Positions 9,090 through 18,062 are shown, counted from the first letter of the stretch. The stretch is DNA of 24,000 bases from Sharpea porci (GCF_009695655.1 NZ_VUNM01000005.1:1-24000); one strand, 5' to 3'. The notes: generated by a model not told the origin, from the sequence alone. A program made the numbers and translations.

Positions 9090-9834
9090 AATAAGAACCC
9101 ATCTGTCCGCCATCAATACGAATGACAGTATTGTTGATATAATTGGCTTCATCACTGATTAAGAACTTCACTAAATGGGCAACTTCCTCAGGCTCACCAT
9201 AACGCTTGACAAGAATCTTGTCGCATTCTTCTTTCAAGAAATCTTCATCATAGCCTTCAAGTTCATGCTTTGTCCCGATAAATCCTGGGGCAATGGCATT
9301 GACATTGACATAGGGTGCATACTGTAAAGCAAGATTATGGGTCAATGAGATCAGTGCTGCTTTACTGGCATCATAATCAAAGCACATCGGATAATAGGTA
9401 TTCATGCCATTTGTAGAAGCAATATTGATGATGCGTCCCCACTTGTTATCGACAAAATGACGATAGAGTGCTGAGGCACAATTATAGGCCCCGACCACAT
9501 TGACATCAAGCACCTTTCTAAATTCTTCGGCTGTCTTTAATTCAAAGAGATTGGGTAAATCAATAGCAGCATTATTAATAAGAATATCAACACCACCCAT
9601 GTCTTCCTCAATCGCTGTCATCATATCTTTGACTTGATCTTCACTAGAAACATCAACCTGATAAATATGGGCATGAATGGGATAGGCTGAAGTGATGTCT
9701 TCAAGAAGGCTTTGGGCTTGTTGGTGGGAAGTATGATAGGCAATAGCGATATCATAGCCCACTTGAGCTAGCTCTCTGACAATGGCTTCACCAATCCCGG
9801 TCGCACCACCAGTCACTAATACAACTTTTGCCAT
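9088..9834 (-). CDS. Short-chain dehydrogenase/reductase (FabG-like SDR)
   Basis: 248 aa. TGGATGIG cofactor motif, NNAA, and the catalytic YDASK (YxxxK). Confidence 0.9.
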   Translation of the reverse strand: MAKVVLVTGGATGIGEAIVRELAQVGYDIAIAYHTSHQQAQSLLEDITSAYPIHAHIYQVDVSSEDQVKDMMTAIEEDMGGVDILINNAAIDLPNLFELKTAEEFRKVLDVNVVGAYNCASALYRHFVDNKWGRIINIASTNGMNTYYPMCFDYDASKAALISLTHNLALQYAPYVNVNAIAPGFIGTKHELEGYDEDFLKEECDKILVKRYGEPEEVAHLVKFLISDEANYINNTVIRIDGGQMGSY

Positions 9835-9837
9835 AAG

Positions 9838-9862
9838 AGAAAAAAGAGCTTATTAAGCTCTT
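9838..9862 (-). terminator. Intrinsic terminator of efp
   Basis: On the minus strand, AAGAGCTT-aat-AAGCTCTT is a perfect 8-bp stem followed by TTTTCTCTT. The efp TAA stop lies at the stem/loop junction, partly in the stem. Confidence 0.7.
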
Positions 9863-10410
9863 CCTGCATATTTACCATCTGCTGTATAAACAACAACATG
9901 TTCTCCTTCAGCAATAAACTGAGGAACTAAGATCTTAAGTCCTGTATTTGTGACAGCGTCCTTTGTCTGGTTAGATGGTGCACCTTTGATTGCTGGTGCT
10001 GTTTCGGCAATCACAAGCTCAACCTTTTCAGGAATCTGTACATTTAATAAATCATTTTCAAAGAATAAAAGGTTTACTTCCATGCCATCAACGATGAAAT
10101 ACTTCTGGAAACCAATTAAATCTTCATTTAATTCATACATATCATATGTTTCAGTATCCATGAAATAATAAATCTTATCTGCTTCATATGAGAATGTTGC
10201 TTGTTTCTTTACAATATTTGCTGGTTCAAACTTAGTTGAAGCATTGAAGTTTCTTTCCTGTGTTGCTCCAGTCTTTAAGTTTTTCATTTTTGTTTTAAGA
10301 ATTGCTGCACCCTTACCTGGTTTAACGTGCATAAATTCAAGAACCTGCCAAGGATCTCCATCAATTGTCAATGTAAGACCTGTTCTAAAATCACCTGCTA
10401 AAATAGCCAT
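9853..10410 (-). CDS. efp: Elongation factor P
   Basis: HVKPGKGAA loop with the conserved modified Lys. I moved the start to the ATG at 10410, which gives MAILAGDFRTG..., because the GTG at 10419 used in the ORF track overlaps the AGGAG RBS. Confidence 0.93.
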   Translation of the reverse strand: MAILAGDFRTGLTLTIDGDPWQVLEFMHVKPGKGAAILKTKMKNLKTGATQERNFNASTKFEPANIVKKQATFSYEADKIYYFMDTETYDMYELNEDLIGFQKYFIVDGMEVNLLFFENDLLNVQIPEKVELVIAETAPAIKGAPSNQTKDAVTNTGLKILVPQFIAEGEHVVVYTADGKYAGRA

Positions 10411-10488
10411 ATTTTTCACTCCTAAATCTAAATTATTTTAATTCATTTGTATTGTACACTTTTTCTTGATAAGTCTCAATTAGAAATA

Positions 10489-11409
10489 TCACGCTTCAGT
10501 AATTGCAAGGGTTATAATCCCTGCAACAATCATGAAAATAAAGAAATATTGTCGTTTTGTCAAGCGCTCTTTTAAAACAACTCTAGAAAGCAGTAAAGAC
10601 ACAACAACAACCGAATCCATAATGGGTGCAGCAATAGCACCATTGCCACTCATCGCAAAGACATAAGTAAACTGTCCGGCTGTTTCGCATACAGCAGCAA
10701 GGATCTTATCACCCTGCTTAGGTAAGTTATACTTCACGCCCTTACACCACATAAAGATCATCAAAATCACAGCGACAATTAAGAAAGTCAATTCATAAGA
10801 TGTATTGGCAACAAGCTCAATCGTATTTTCATTGACATGCGTTAAGGTTGTTGTCGACATCTCTAAGACAATATCATCCATAAATGTCCCCGTCGCATCC
10901 AAGATGGCATAACAGAATGGCATCGCAAAGGCAATAATAGCCATCTTCTTGCCTATTTTCTTCTTACGGTCAGTTGCGCCATGGTTATCCAAGAAGCCAA
11001 CACCAATCACCCCAATCATTTCGGCAATGACAGCCAGGACAGAAATCCAAGATACTTTCTCAGCGAGAAGAAGAATACAAAGAAGAAAGACAATCCCACC
11101 CGAAGTGTTTTCAATCGGGTCAGATATAGATTCTTCGATAAAGCGCATACCAAAATATGATAATGTCATGGAAAGAATATAACAAAATGATACAGGAAAA
11201 TAGTATATAAGATTCATCGGATCATAATGAATATTCTTTGTCAGTAATGTAAAAATAGCGTGGGCCCCCATCACAACGCCAACTGTTACTGATATCTTTA
11301 AGTGGGCATACTTTTCATCAGGTCGTGCCCCTTTCTTGTAGAACAGTTCGGCTAAGCCCCACATAAATGTTGTGGTTAAGGCAAAAAATAGCCACATATA
11401 TAAATTCAT
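10489..11409 (-). CDS. DMT superfamily (EamA-like) membrane transporter
   Basis: 306 aa, about 10 hydrophobic helices in a two-half duplicated pattern. RBS AAGGAGG. Confidence 0.7.
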   Translation of the reverse strand: MNLYMWLFFALTTTFMWGLAELFYKKGARPDEKYAHLKISVTVGVVMGAHAIFTLLTKNIHYDPMNLIYYFPVSFCYILSMTLSYFGMRFIEESISDPIENTSGGIVFLLCILLLAEKVSWISVLAVIAEMIGVIGVGFLDNHGATDRKKKIGKKMAIIAFAMPFCYAILDATGTFMDDIVLEMSTTTLTHVNENTIELVANTSYELTFLIVAVILMIFMWCKGVKYNLPKQGDKILAAVCETAGQFTYVFAMSGNGAIAAPIMDSVVVVSLLLSRVVLKERLTKRQYFFIFMIVAGIITLAITEA

Positions 11410-11495
11410 TCCTCCTTATTTCGACAAAGCAATCAAATGCATCATACCAAAATGTCAAGAGAATGAAAATAAAAAAGCATGGAGACCTGTTATTC

Positions 11496-13733
11496 TTATA
11501 GGAATTGATGATGGGCCCAATGATGAATGCGTTTTTTCATTCCTTCAATATCAAGAACACCGTAGGCAAAAGATTTGCGGACAAGTTCATCAGGAAGATA
11601 CTGATCATATTTTTCAAAGACGGGCATTTCTTTTTCATACAGTAAATCAAGAGGATCAAAGTCCTTCTGGGCTTCTTCTTCAAGAATGTTAAAGAATGTT
11701 TCTTCATCTGCATCCATCGTAAACATGATGTAGTAAGGGCGCAGGCTATTGAGGCCCTTCAGACGCAATCTGTTGCGGCACTTTATTTTCAAGAAACGCT
11801 CCATCGCAAGAAAACCATAGCTGCCAAGCCAAGGGAAAAGCACCCACATCTTACCACCTATATTAACAAGAGGATGATGGATGATGTCGGCATTCTTAAA
11901 AGTATGCCGTGCTTCTTTTAAACGATAGATGGCTTGATTCATAAGATAGGGATAACTTTTGTCACTACTTAAAACATCATACATTTTCTCTAAAATACGC
12001 GTATGAATATCACCAGGAACATCACCAAAATAAGCCGGAATATTGCCCTTGACAAGATTGCAATAAACCTCACGGCGATGATGATCCACTTCTTCTACAA
12101 CCCATACTCTTCCCGCAATCGCAATCTTATCACCAATTGGTGGTGGCTTGACAATCGTCCCTAAGACTTCGCTTCCAGCATGAACTGTATATTCAAGATT
12201 TTCCGCAAAGACGGCAAAGAATTTATGATTGTTGACAACTCGTTCACCAGCAATGCCGACTATCAGTCCACCATTCTCTGTTTGATTAATATGATCGATA
12301 GAAAGCAAATGTCTTAAAAGAATCCGATAGTCATCCTGGGAAACATTATGGAAGATGGATAGTGTCAGCACTCTTGAAGCAAGTTCTGCTGCACTCATCT
12401 CTCCAAGAGAAGCGAGAATGCTCATTGTTTGATGATAAAGCAAGGAATAAGGGATTTTGTTTTTGATTGGCGGTTCAACAAAGCGCTCTTCAATATAGAG
12501 CTGGATGAGGGCAATGCCCTGAATAAGGTACCAAGGGATGCTTTCGGGTAAAAGAGCTCTTGCTTCAGGATGATCTTCACGCATCACAAACCACATTTCA
12601 CTTGGTGCCCCTCTTCTGCCTGTTCTGCCCATTCTTTGCAGGAAGCTCGAGACTGTAAAGGGGGCATCTATCTGAAAAGCACGTTCAAGCTTACCAATAT
12701 CAATACCTAATTCAAGTGTTGCGGTTGCACAGATGGACATAGAAGAATGTTCATCCTTCATGTCTTCTTCAGCACTTTCCCGATAGCTTGAAGAGAGATT
12801 GCCATGATGAATGAGAAAACGGTCAGGTTCATGATTAGCTTCACAATATTGTCTTAAATGTTGGCAGACACTTTCACATTCCTCACGACTATTCGTAAAA
12901 ATTAAACACTTTTTCCCTCTGGTATGTTCAAAGATATAGCCCATTCCTGGATCAGATGCAAAGGGGGCTTTGTCAGTTGGTGCATCAAGAGCATGAACTT
13001 CCTCCACCATTTCTTCCTCTCCTGCCTGGGGAGCCTGATTAAAGAAGTGCTCCATCGATAGACGCCATACTTCCTTGCCACTATCAAATTTTGGAATAAT
13101 ACTGCCTCGATGACTCCCTACATTTAAAAAATCAGCTGCCATTTTCATATCACCAATCGTGGCCGATAAGCCAATACGACGGGGATCACAACCTGCTTCC
13201 TGACAAAGACGTTCGATTAAGCAGAATGTCTGACCTCCTCGATCCTGTCTTAAAAACGCATGTAATTCATCAATGACAATAAAACGCAAATCATGGAAAA
13301 GTGAAGGTATTTCCATATGTTTTCTTAGCATCAAAGCTTCTAGTGATTCAGGGGTAATCTGTAAGATACCTTGAGGTTTCTTCAGCAGTTTTCTTTTTGC
13401 CGTGGCGGGGGCATCGCCATGCCATCTGGTAACTGTAATATCGCTCTCTTCACATATTTCCTCTAATCGTTCATACTGATCATTGATTAATGCTTTGAGG
13501 GGAGCAATATAGAGAACACCTACGGAAGAGGGAGGATCTTCTTCAAGAAGAGTGAGAATAGGAAAGAAAGCTGCTTCTGTTTTACCCGATGCTGTCGAAG
13601 CGCAAATCAGGACATTCTTATCTGTATGAAAGATAGCATCTCCTGCTCCATTCTGGACAGAACGTAAAGAGTGCCAATTATGGCGATAAATATAATTCTG
13701 AATGAAGGGAGCATAACGATCAAAGATATTCAT
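11496..13733 (-). CDS. sngC: SF2 DExH-box helicase (Lhr-like core plus ~350-aa C-terminal extension); third gene of a Shango-type triad
   Basis: 745 aa. Motif I ASTASGKTEA, motif II VIDELH, motif III SAT, motif VI QRMGRTGRRG. Its RBS (TAGGAG) overlaps the stop codon of the upstream ATPase gene. Confidence 0.75.
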   Translation of the reverse strand: MNIFDRYAPFIQNYIYRHNWHSLRSVQNGAGDAIFHTDKNVLICASTASGKTEAAFFPILTLLEEDPPSSVGVLYIAPLKALINDQYERLEEICEESDITVTRWHGDAPATAKRKLLKKPQGILQITPESLEALMLRKHMEIPSLFHDLRFIVIDELHAFLRQDRGGQTFCLIERLCQEAGCDPRRIGLSATIGDMKMAADFLNVGSHRGSIIPKFDSGKEVWRLSMEHFFNQAPQAGEEEMVEEVHALDAPTDKAPFASDPGMGYIFEHTRGKKCLIFTNSREECESVCQHLRQYCEANHEPDRFLIHHGNLSSSYRESAEEDMKDEHSSMSICATATLELGIDIGKLERAFQIDAPFTVSSFLQRMGRTGRRGAPSEMWFVMREDHPEARALLPESIPWYLIQGIALIQLYIEERFVEPPIKNKIPYSLLYHQTMSILASLGEMSAAELASRVLTLSIFHNVSQDDYRILLRHLLSIDHINQTENGGLIVGIAGERVVNNHKFFAVFAENLEYTVHAGSEVLGTIVKPPPIGDKIAIAGRVWVVEEVDHHRREVYCNLVKGNIPAYFGDVPGDIHTRILEKMYDVLSSDKSYPYLMNQAIYRLKEARHTFKNADIIHHPLVNIGGKMWVLFPWLGSYGFLAMERFLKIKCRNRLRLKGLNSLRPYYIMFTMDADEETFFNILEEEAQKDFDPLDLLYEKEMPVFEKYDQYLPDELVRKSFAYGVLDIEGMKKRIHHWAHHQFL

Positions 13734-13742
13734 AATGAACTC

Positions 13743-15089
13743 CTAAATTGTAAACTCGGCAAAGCCATCATTGGTTTTATTAGAAAGGACATCACTTTCA
13801 TGATAATTGAATTCTTCACTATTTAAGAGATCTTTCACTTTCATATCTGGATGTTGATAGAGAATATCAAGAAGTTCAATAAAATCTCTAATGACTTCAC
13901 GAGGAGTAATATTGCTGCTTGCACCAATACGCTGATATTCAATTTGAATAAAGAGAGCAATATCATCCGTTGTCACTTTCTTGTCATAACGATACATTGT
14001 CGCATGAATATCGGCAAGCTTTTCACATAATACAAGCATTTCTTCAGGATTCAAAGGCTCAAGATGAATAACGGGGGCAAGTAAGTCACGGACGCCTTCC
14101 TTGGCAAACTTCCCTTCAGCAAGTCGAGAACGCAATGCCTCATAGCTATAGACACCACGACGTTTGTCTTCTAATGCCTGTGGCGTTGCACCCATAATAA
14201 TGCCAAGATGCTTTGCTTTCCCTTGAAGTGTATCATTATACATCATCAAGATCTTTTCATAATTGTATTGACGGGTAATGGCATTAGGAATCTTATAGAT
14301 ATTGACAAGTTCATCAATCATAATCATCATCCCAGCATAACCAGCCAGCGTGAAAAAAGACGCAAAAAGCTTAATATATTCATACCAATCATCATCCGTA
14401 ATAATGATATTGACACCCAGTTCATTTTTAGCTTCTCTTTTAAGGCTATATTCACCCCTGAACCACTTCAAAACAAGTGCCTTGGTTTCATCATCACCTT
14501 GTAAATATGCATGATAGTAACGTGAAAGCAAGGATGCAAACTCGAAACCATGAACAAGTTCGCTCATTTGGCTTGTGACTTCATAAATTTTCTGATCGAC
14601 TAGACGACTTAACGCTATGTCACCAACCTTTAAACCTGACTGTGTCACAGCTTCACTTTGAATCTGAGAAATCCAGCGATCAAGCACCAAAGCCAAAGCT
14701 CCACCTTCAGGCTTTGTTTTCGTGGAAAGATTAGCAATCAGCTCACGATAAGTCGCTAATCCCTGTCCTCTTGTCCCTTGCAAACGTCTTTCTGGAGACA
14801 AATCTGCATCAGCAACAATAAAGCCCTGATCCATCACATAATTACGAATACTTTGTATCAGAAAACTCTTTCCTGAGCCATAGCGTCCCACGATAAAACG
14901 GAAACTTGCGCCACCATCCTTAATCATTTCAACATCATGTAATAACGCTTCTATTTCATTCTTTCTCCCCACCGTAATATAGGGCAGGCCAATTCTAGGA
15001 ACCACCCCACCCTTTAGGGAATTCATGACAATCGAAGCGATACGTTTAGGTATTTTTCTATTTACGTCCATAAAGTAATTCTTCAACAT
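13743..15089 (-). CDS. sngB: DUF2791-type P-loop ATPase (BREX BrxC/BrxD-like ATP-binding domain); second gene of a Shango-type triad
   Basis: 448 aa. N-terminal GGVVPRIGLPYITVGRKNEIEAL, Walker A GRYGSGKS, Walker B MMIMIDELV. The start is uncertain: ATG at 15089 or at 15071. Either one overlaps the end of the upstream gene. Confidence 0.7.
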   Translation of the reverse strand: MLKNYFMDVNRKIPKRIASIVMNSLKGGVVPRIGLPYITVGRKNEIEALLHDVEMIKDGGASFRFIVGRYGSGKSFLIQSIRNYVMDQGFIVADADLSPERRLQGTRGQGLATYRELIANLSTKTKPEGGALALVLDRWISQIQSEAVTQSGLKVGDIALSRLVDQKIYEVTSQMSELVHGFEFASLLSRYYHAYLQGDDETKALVLKWFRGEYSLKREAKNELGVNIIITDDDWYEYIKLFASFFTLAGYAGMMIMIDELVNIYKIPNAITRQYNYEKILMMYNDTLQGKAKHLGIIMGATPQALEDKRRGVYSYEALRSRLAEGKFAKEGVRDLLAPVIHLEPLNPEEMLVLCEKLADIHATMYRYDKKVTTDDIALFIQIEYQRIGASSNITPREVIRDFIELLDILYQHPDMKVKDLLNSEEFNYHESDVLSNKTNDGFAEFTI

Positions 15090-16863
15090 CCTCTCTATAA
15101 TCTTCTATCAATACAAGACGATTATCTTCTATTTCAACAATATTATCACCTATTTCATCATAATAAGCTTCATTCATCTCATCAGCAACTACTTCAATAA
15201 AGAGATGATGTTCTTTTAAGAATGAAGTTACATCTTCATTCTTGAGAAGCTTTTTGATTATAACTTCAGTCATCTGATCCTGATCATCTATTTCTTTTTC
15301 AACAACTGGTTTGACCTCCACTTCCTTCTCTTCTTCTGTCAATAAGCTTTCTCTTGTCAAAGCTGCTTCATAACGTATCTTTTGCAGGCTGGCAAGATTG
15401 AAATCCATTTGTTTATGTTTTTCTTCATAGTCTTTGATTGCCATTTCTTCATAAGATTCCATAAAATCAAAAGCATCATCGACTTTAAGCTTTCTACCTA
15501 CTTCAAAATAGGCACGAAGAAAACGGTCTATTTCTCTGATCAAGCCTTTGATGAATTTAGAATCGCATTTTTCAATTTGAAAAGCTTTGATATTCCAGTT
15601 GTTATATTTATCTAAATGATAAATGCGAATAGGATCAATATCATAAGTGAGAATGTCCTTTTCTTTATTTCTTTCATATAGGGCATTGGAAACTGGATAA
15701 AAGCTTGTCGTGCGCTGTCCTTTGAAGATAAAACTGAAGAGTGTTTTCTTCTTTATGCGATAATCTTTAAAAGCATTCTTGATGATCATTCCAGCTATTT
15801 CCTTTGTCTTTTCAGGTTCTTTTTTATAGACTGGCGATTTATAAAAAGAACGATCAGAAAAAGCCATGATACTTTCAAAGATTTCTGAAGGTGTGTGTTC
15901 TTTGACTTTCTTTAAAGTCATCAAATTTTGATCAAGCTTTAACATGCCGTCAGGAAAATAGGCTTTTACGCGTTCAATAGGAAAATGCATATCTAAGGCA
16001 AGTTCAAAAATCCACTCTTCAACCCTATCTTCCATCCGTTGATCATGAGCTATTGGTCTTACAAAACGCTCTACGAACTCCTCGAGCTTGTCAAAACGCT
16101 CTTGTACATCTTTACAGCCTATTCCATTTAATAGCTCATAGACATAAAGATAACTAAGGGAAGTGGCTATGGGAAGATATTCTCCCTCCCTGACTTTCTT
16201 ACGCCATGAAAAATAACCTCTTAATATTTCTGGTGGCATATCATAATAACAAGGAAAATAACTCTTATAGTCTTCGCTCCAGGGATAATCATCTTCATAG
16301 TCAACCATAAACTTTCCCTGTCTTATAAAATTAGGCACCCATTCATAATAAGCATTACTTTTCGCTAAGGCATACATTTCTCTTAACTTCTCAGGAATCT
16401 CTTTAGTAGTGGTTTTGGGATTTTGAGGATGAGCAGCATGAATATGTTTTCGTCTTCTGATTTCTTTTTTAGGGATAGCTGTTTCATGATAGCTAGAATC
16501 ATCATGATCATCTTCAAGGATAATTAGATGATCATCATAAATAAGGAAGACTTGGTCAATTAATTGAAAAAGCAATCGTGTATCATGAATTTTATTCATA
16601 TCAAGAGTGAGAAACTTACCAATGCTTTCCATCTTGACATCTTTTATAGCCTGCTGCAGAGATAGATCCAATCCCAATTCATCTAACAGAAGATTACAAT
16701 AAGCCTTCTGACTACTTGTTTCCTGATCAAAGAAAGTGATGAAATAAATCATGCATTTCTTCGTTTTCTTATCATTAACTAAATAAAGATTCTGTTGTAT
16801 TTCAAGATTACAAGAGCTTGCATATTTATTTTTAATATAATCTAGTGCCTCATTAATCAACAT
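15058..16863 (-). CDS. sngA: TerB_N / TerB_C domain protein with an extra ~125-aa N-terminal domain; first gene of a Shango-type triad
   Basis: 601 aa. TerB_N-like signature YFSWRKKVREGEYLPIATSLSYLYVYELLNGIG (aa 217-249). Acidic C-terminal region (LLTEEEKEVEV..., DYREDVEELL) resembling TerB_C. RBS AAGGAAGGG. Confidence 0.65.
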   Translation of the reverse strand: MLINEALDYIKNKYASSCNLEIQQNLYLVNDKKTKKCMIYFITFFDQETSSQKAYCNLLLDELGLDLSLQQAIKDVKMESIGKFLTLDMNKIHDTRLLFQLIDQVFLIYDDHLIILEDDHDDSSYHETAIPKKEIRRRKHIHAAHPQNPKTTTKEIPEKLREMYALAKSNAYYEWVPNFIRQGKFMVDYEDDYPWSEDYKSYFPCYYDMPPEILRGYFSWRKKVREGEYLPIATSLSYLYVYELLNGIGCKDVQERFDKLEEFVERFVRPIAHDQRMEDRVEEWIFELALDMHFPIERVKAYFPDGMLKLDQNLMTLKKVKEHTPSEIFESIMAFSDRSFYKSPVYKKEPEKTKEIAGMIIKNAFKDYRIKKKTLFSFIFKGQRTTSFYPVSNALYERNKEKDILTYDIDPIRIYHLDKYNNWNIKAFQIEKCDSKFIKGLIREIDRFLRAYFEVGRKLKVDDAFDFMESYEEMAIKDYEEKHKQMDFNLASLQKIRYEAALTRESLLTEEEKEVEVKPVVEKEIDDQDQMTEVIIKKLLKNEDVTSFLKEHHLFIEVVADEMNEAYYDEIGDNIVEIEDNRLVLIEDYREDVEELLYGRK

Positions 16864-16875
16864 GTTGACCCTTCC

Positions 16876-17439
16876 TTATTGTTCTTGTTGGATTTTGGTT
16901 TCGGTCTCCTTTAAAATCTCATCACGCAATTTACTTAGCCAGGAAGAAAATTCCACAACATCAAAGGCATAATGTCGTTGCAAATCATATTCATGATCTT
17001 CCCATGAATCAATGGGCGCTTCATTATGTTGGATGACGGCTTCAAGCTTATCGAGGGCTTTGAAGATTTTGGCTTCTTTGCTTTGACATGCTTCCATTTC
17101 TTGATAAAGCGCATGCATATTTTGCGATAATTGATCAGGAAGTGTATTAAGAAATACATCAAGTAGCTTAGCTTCCTGTTGACGATCTTCATCGGTCTTT
17201 AAGAAGACAGGAATATCACCAGTAAAACATTCACCAAGATCATGAATCACACACATACGCATGACCTTATTTATATCAACATCGCTAAACGTCTCTTCGA
17301 GAAGTAAAGCCATCATGGCTATCCGCCAGCTATGTTCAGCTACACTCTCTATGCGGTTATTTTTTGTGACACAATGTCTTGGTGTGTCTTTGAGCTCATT
17401 AATAATATGAACGATTTCTAAATAATCTTTAGGTGTCAT
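16876..17439 (-). CDS. HD-domain phosphohydrolase, YfbR-like (5'-deoxynucleotidase family)
   Basis: 187 aa. ESVAEHSWRIAMMALLL and VIHDLGECFTGDIP motifs (H...HD...D metal ligands). Its ATG overlaps the upstream stop (ATGA). Its own stop is 12 nt from the sngA-like start. Confidence 0.85.
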   Translation of the reverse strand: MTPKDYLEIVHIINELKDTPRHCVTKNNRIESVAEHSWRIAMMALLLEETFSDVDINKVMRMCVIHDLGECFTGDIPVFLKTDEDRQQEAKLLDVFLNTLPDQLSQNMHALYQEMEACQSKEAKIFKALDKLEAVIQHNEAPIDSWEDHEYDLQRHYAFDVVEFSSWLSKLRDEILKETETKIQQEQ

Positions 17440-17723
17440 GCACGTTGTTGGATGACAACATGAATACTGTCACCTTCACCTTTCTTTAGCTTTGTACGAA
17501 TGCTTTTTAACACACCAATAATATAACAGATGGTGCCATCATCATGCTTTAAGCCCATGTTGACAATACTGCCATCATAGGCGATACCATCAAAGGTTGC
17601 ATGAACTTTCACTCTTCCTTTTTGAAATTCTTCTCTAATATCCCAAGGAAATTCTACATAGGCACCACCCTTTTCTGGGATTTCATGAATGATGCCATCA
17701 TATTCATAGACTTTATTGTTCAT
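17436..17723 (-). CDS. DUF1905 family protein
   Basis: 95 aa. GGAYVEFPWDIREEF..GRVKVHATFDGIAYDGSIVNMG..GDSIHVVI matches the DUF1905 pattern. RBS AAGAGG. Confidence 0.8.
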   Translation of the reverse strand: MNNKVYEYDGIIHEIPEKGGAYVEFPWDIREEFQKGRVKVHATFDGIAYDGSIVNMGLKHDDGTICYIIGVLKSIRTKLKKGEGDSIHVVIQQRA

Positions 17724-17743
17724 ATCTCTTTACCTCTTGCCCC

Positions 17744-17780
17744 ATTCTAGCACAAACAAGATAGAATTTCAGCGAAAAGA
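17744..17780 (-). promoter_or_regulatory. Candidate extended -10 promoter for the DUF1905-HD-Shango-like operon
   Basis: On the minus strand, TGCTAGAAT (TGn + TAGAAT, plus-strand 17744-17752) lies ~20 nt upstream of the RBS and ATG and just downstream of the ars-operon terminator. The -35 is weak. Confidence 0.4.
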
Positions 17781-17800
17781 AAAAGGCGCAAAAGCACCTT
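17775..17800 (-). terminator. Intrinsic terminator ending the arsenic operon
   Basis: On the minus strand, AAGGTGC-tttt-GCGCCTT forms a 7-bp stem including one G-U pair, followed by TTTTTCTTTTC. Confidence 0.65.
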
Positions 17801-17813
17801 TTTGTAAGGAATA

Positions 17814-18059
17814 CTATAATCCCTGATGGGCAATCATGAGCGATTCAATATCACTTGTCTTAAGCACACGCCCCGTTGAAACAATCTCATCATCCAACAT
17901 GAGTGCTGGCGTTGTCATAATGCCTAAGCTGGCCATTTCACTAAAGTCTGTAATATATTCAACTTCTCCCTTTAAGCCCGTATTTGCGAGGGCTTCTTTT
18001 GTGGCTTTTAAGAGTGCTTCACACTTCTTACAGCCGCCTCCTAATACTCTCACGCGCAT
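17814..18059 (-). CDS. Small thioredoxin-fold protein (redox-active disulfide protein 2 type)
   Basis: 81 aa. N-terminal CxxC (GGGCKKCE) and the TTPAL...GRV pattern typical of this family, which is commonly linked to ArsP-type permeases. Confidence 0.85.
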   Translation of the reverse strand: MRVRVLGGGCKKCEALLKATKEALANTGLKGEVEYITDFSEMASLGIMTTPALMLDDEIVSTGRVLKTSDIESLMIAHQGL

Positions 18060-18062
18060 TGT

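Noticed and set aside
11410-11495. An intrinsic terminator after the helicase gene
   Set aside because: A T-run (GCTTTTTTATTTT on the minus strand) is present, but I could not find a convincing preceding stem, so I did not call it.
13743-15089. The DUF2791-type ATPase as part of a BREX system
   Set aside because: No PglX methyltransferase, PglZ, BrxA/B/C/L or any other BREX marker is present. The TerB + helicase partners fit the Shango-type triad instead.
15058-16863. The TerB-domain protein as part of a tellurite-resistance (terZABCDE) locus
   Set aside because: No TerC, TerD, TerA, TerZ or other Ter genes are present. The domains are the TerB_N/TerB_C accessory type, not canonical TerB.
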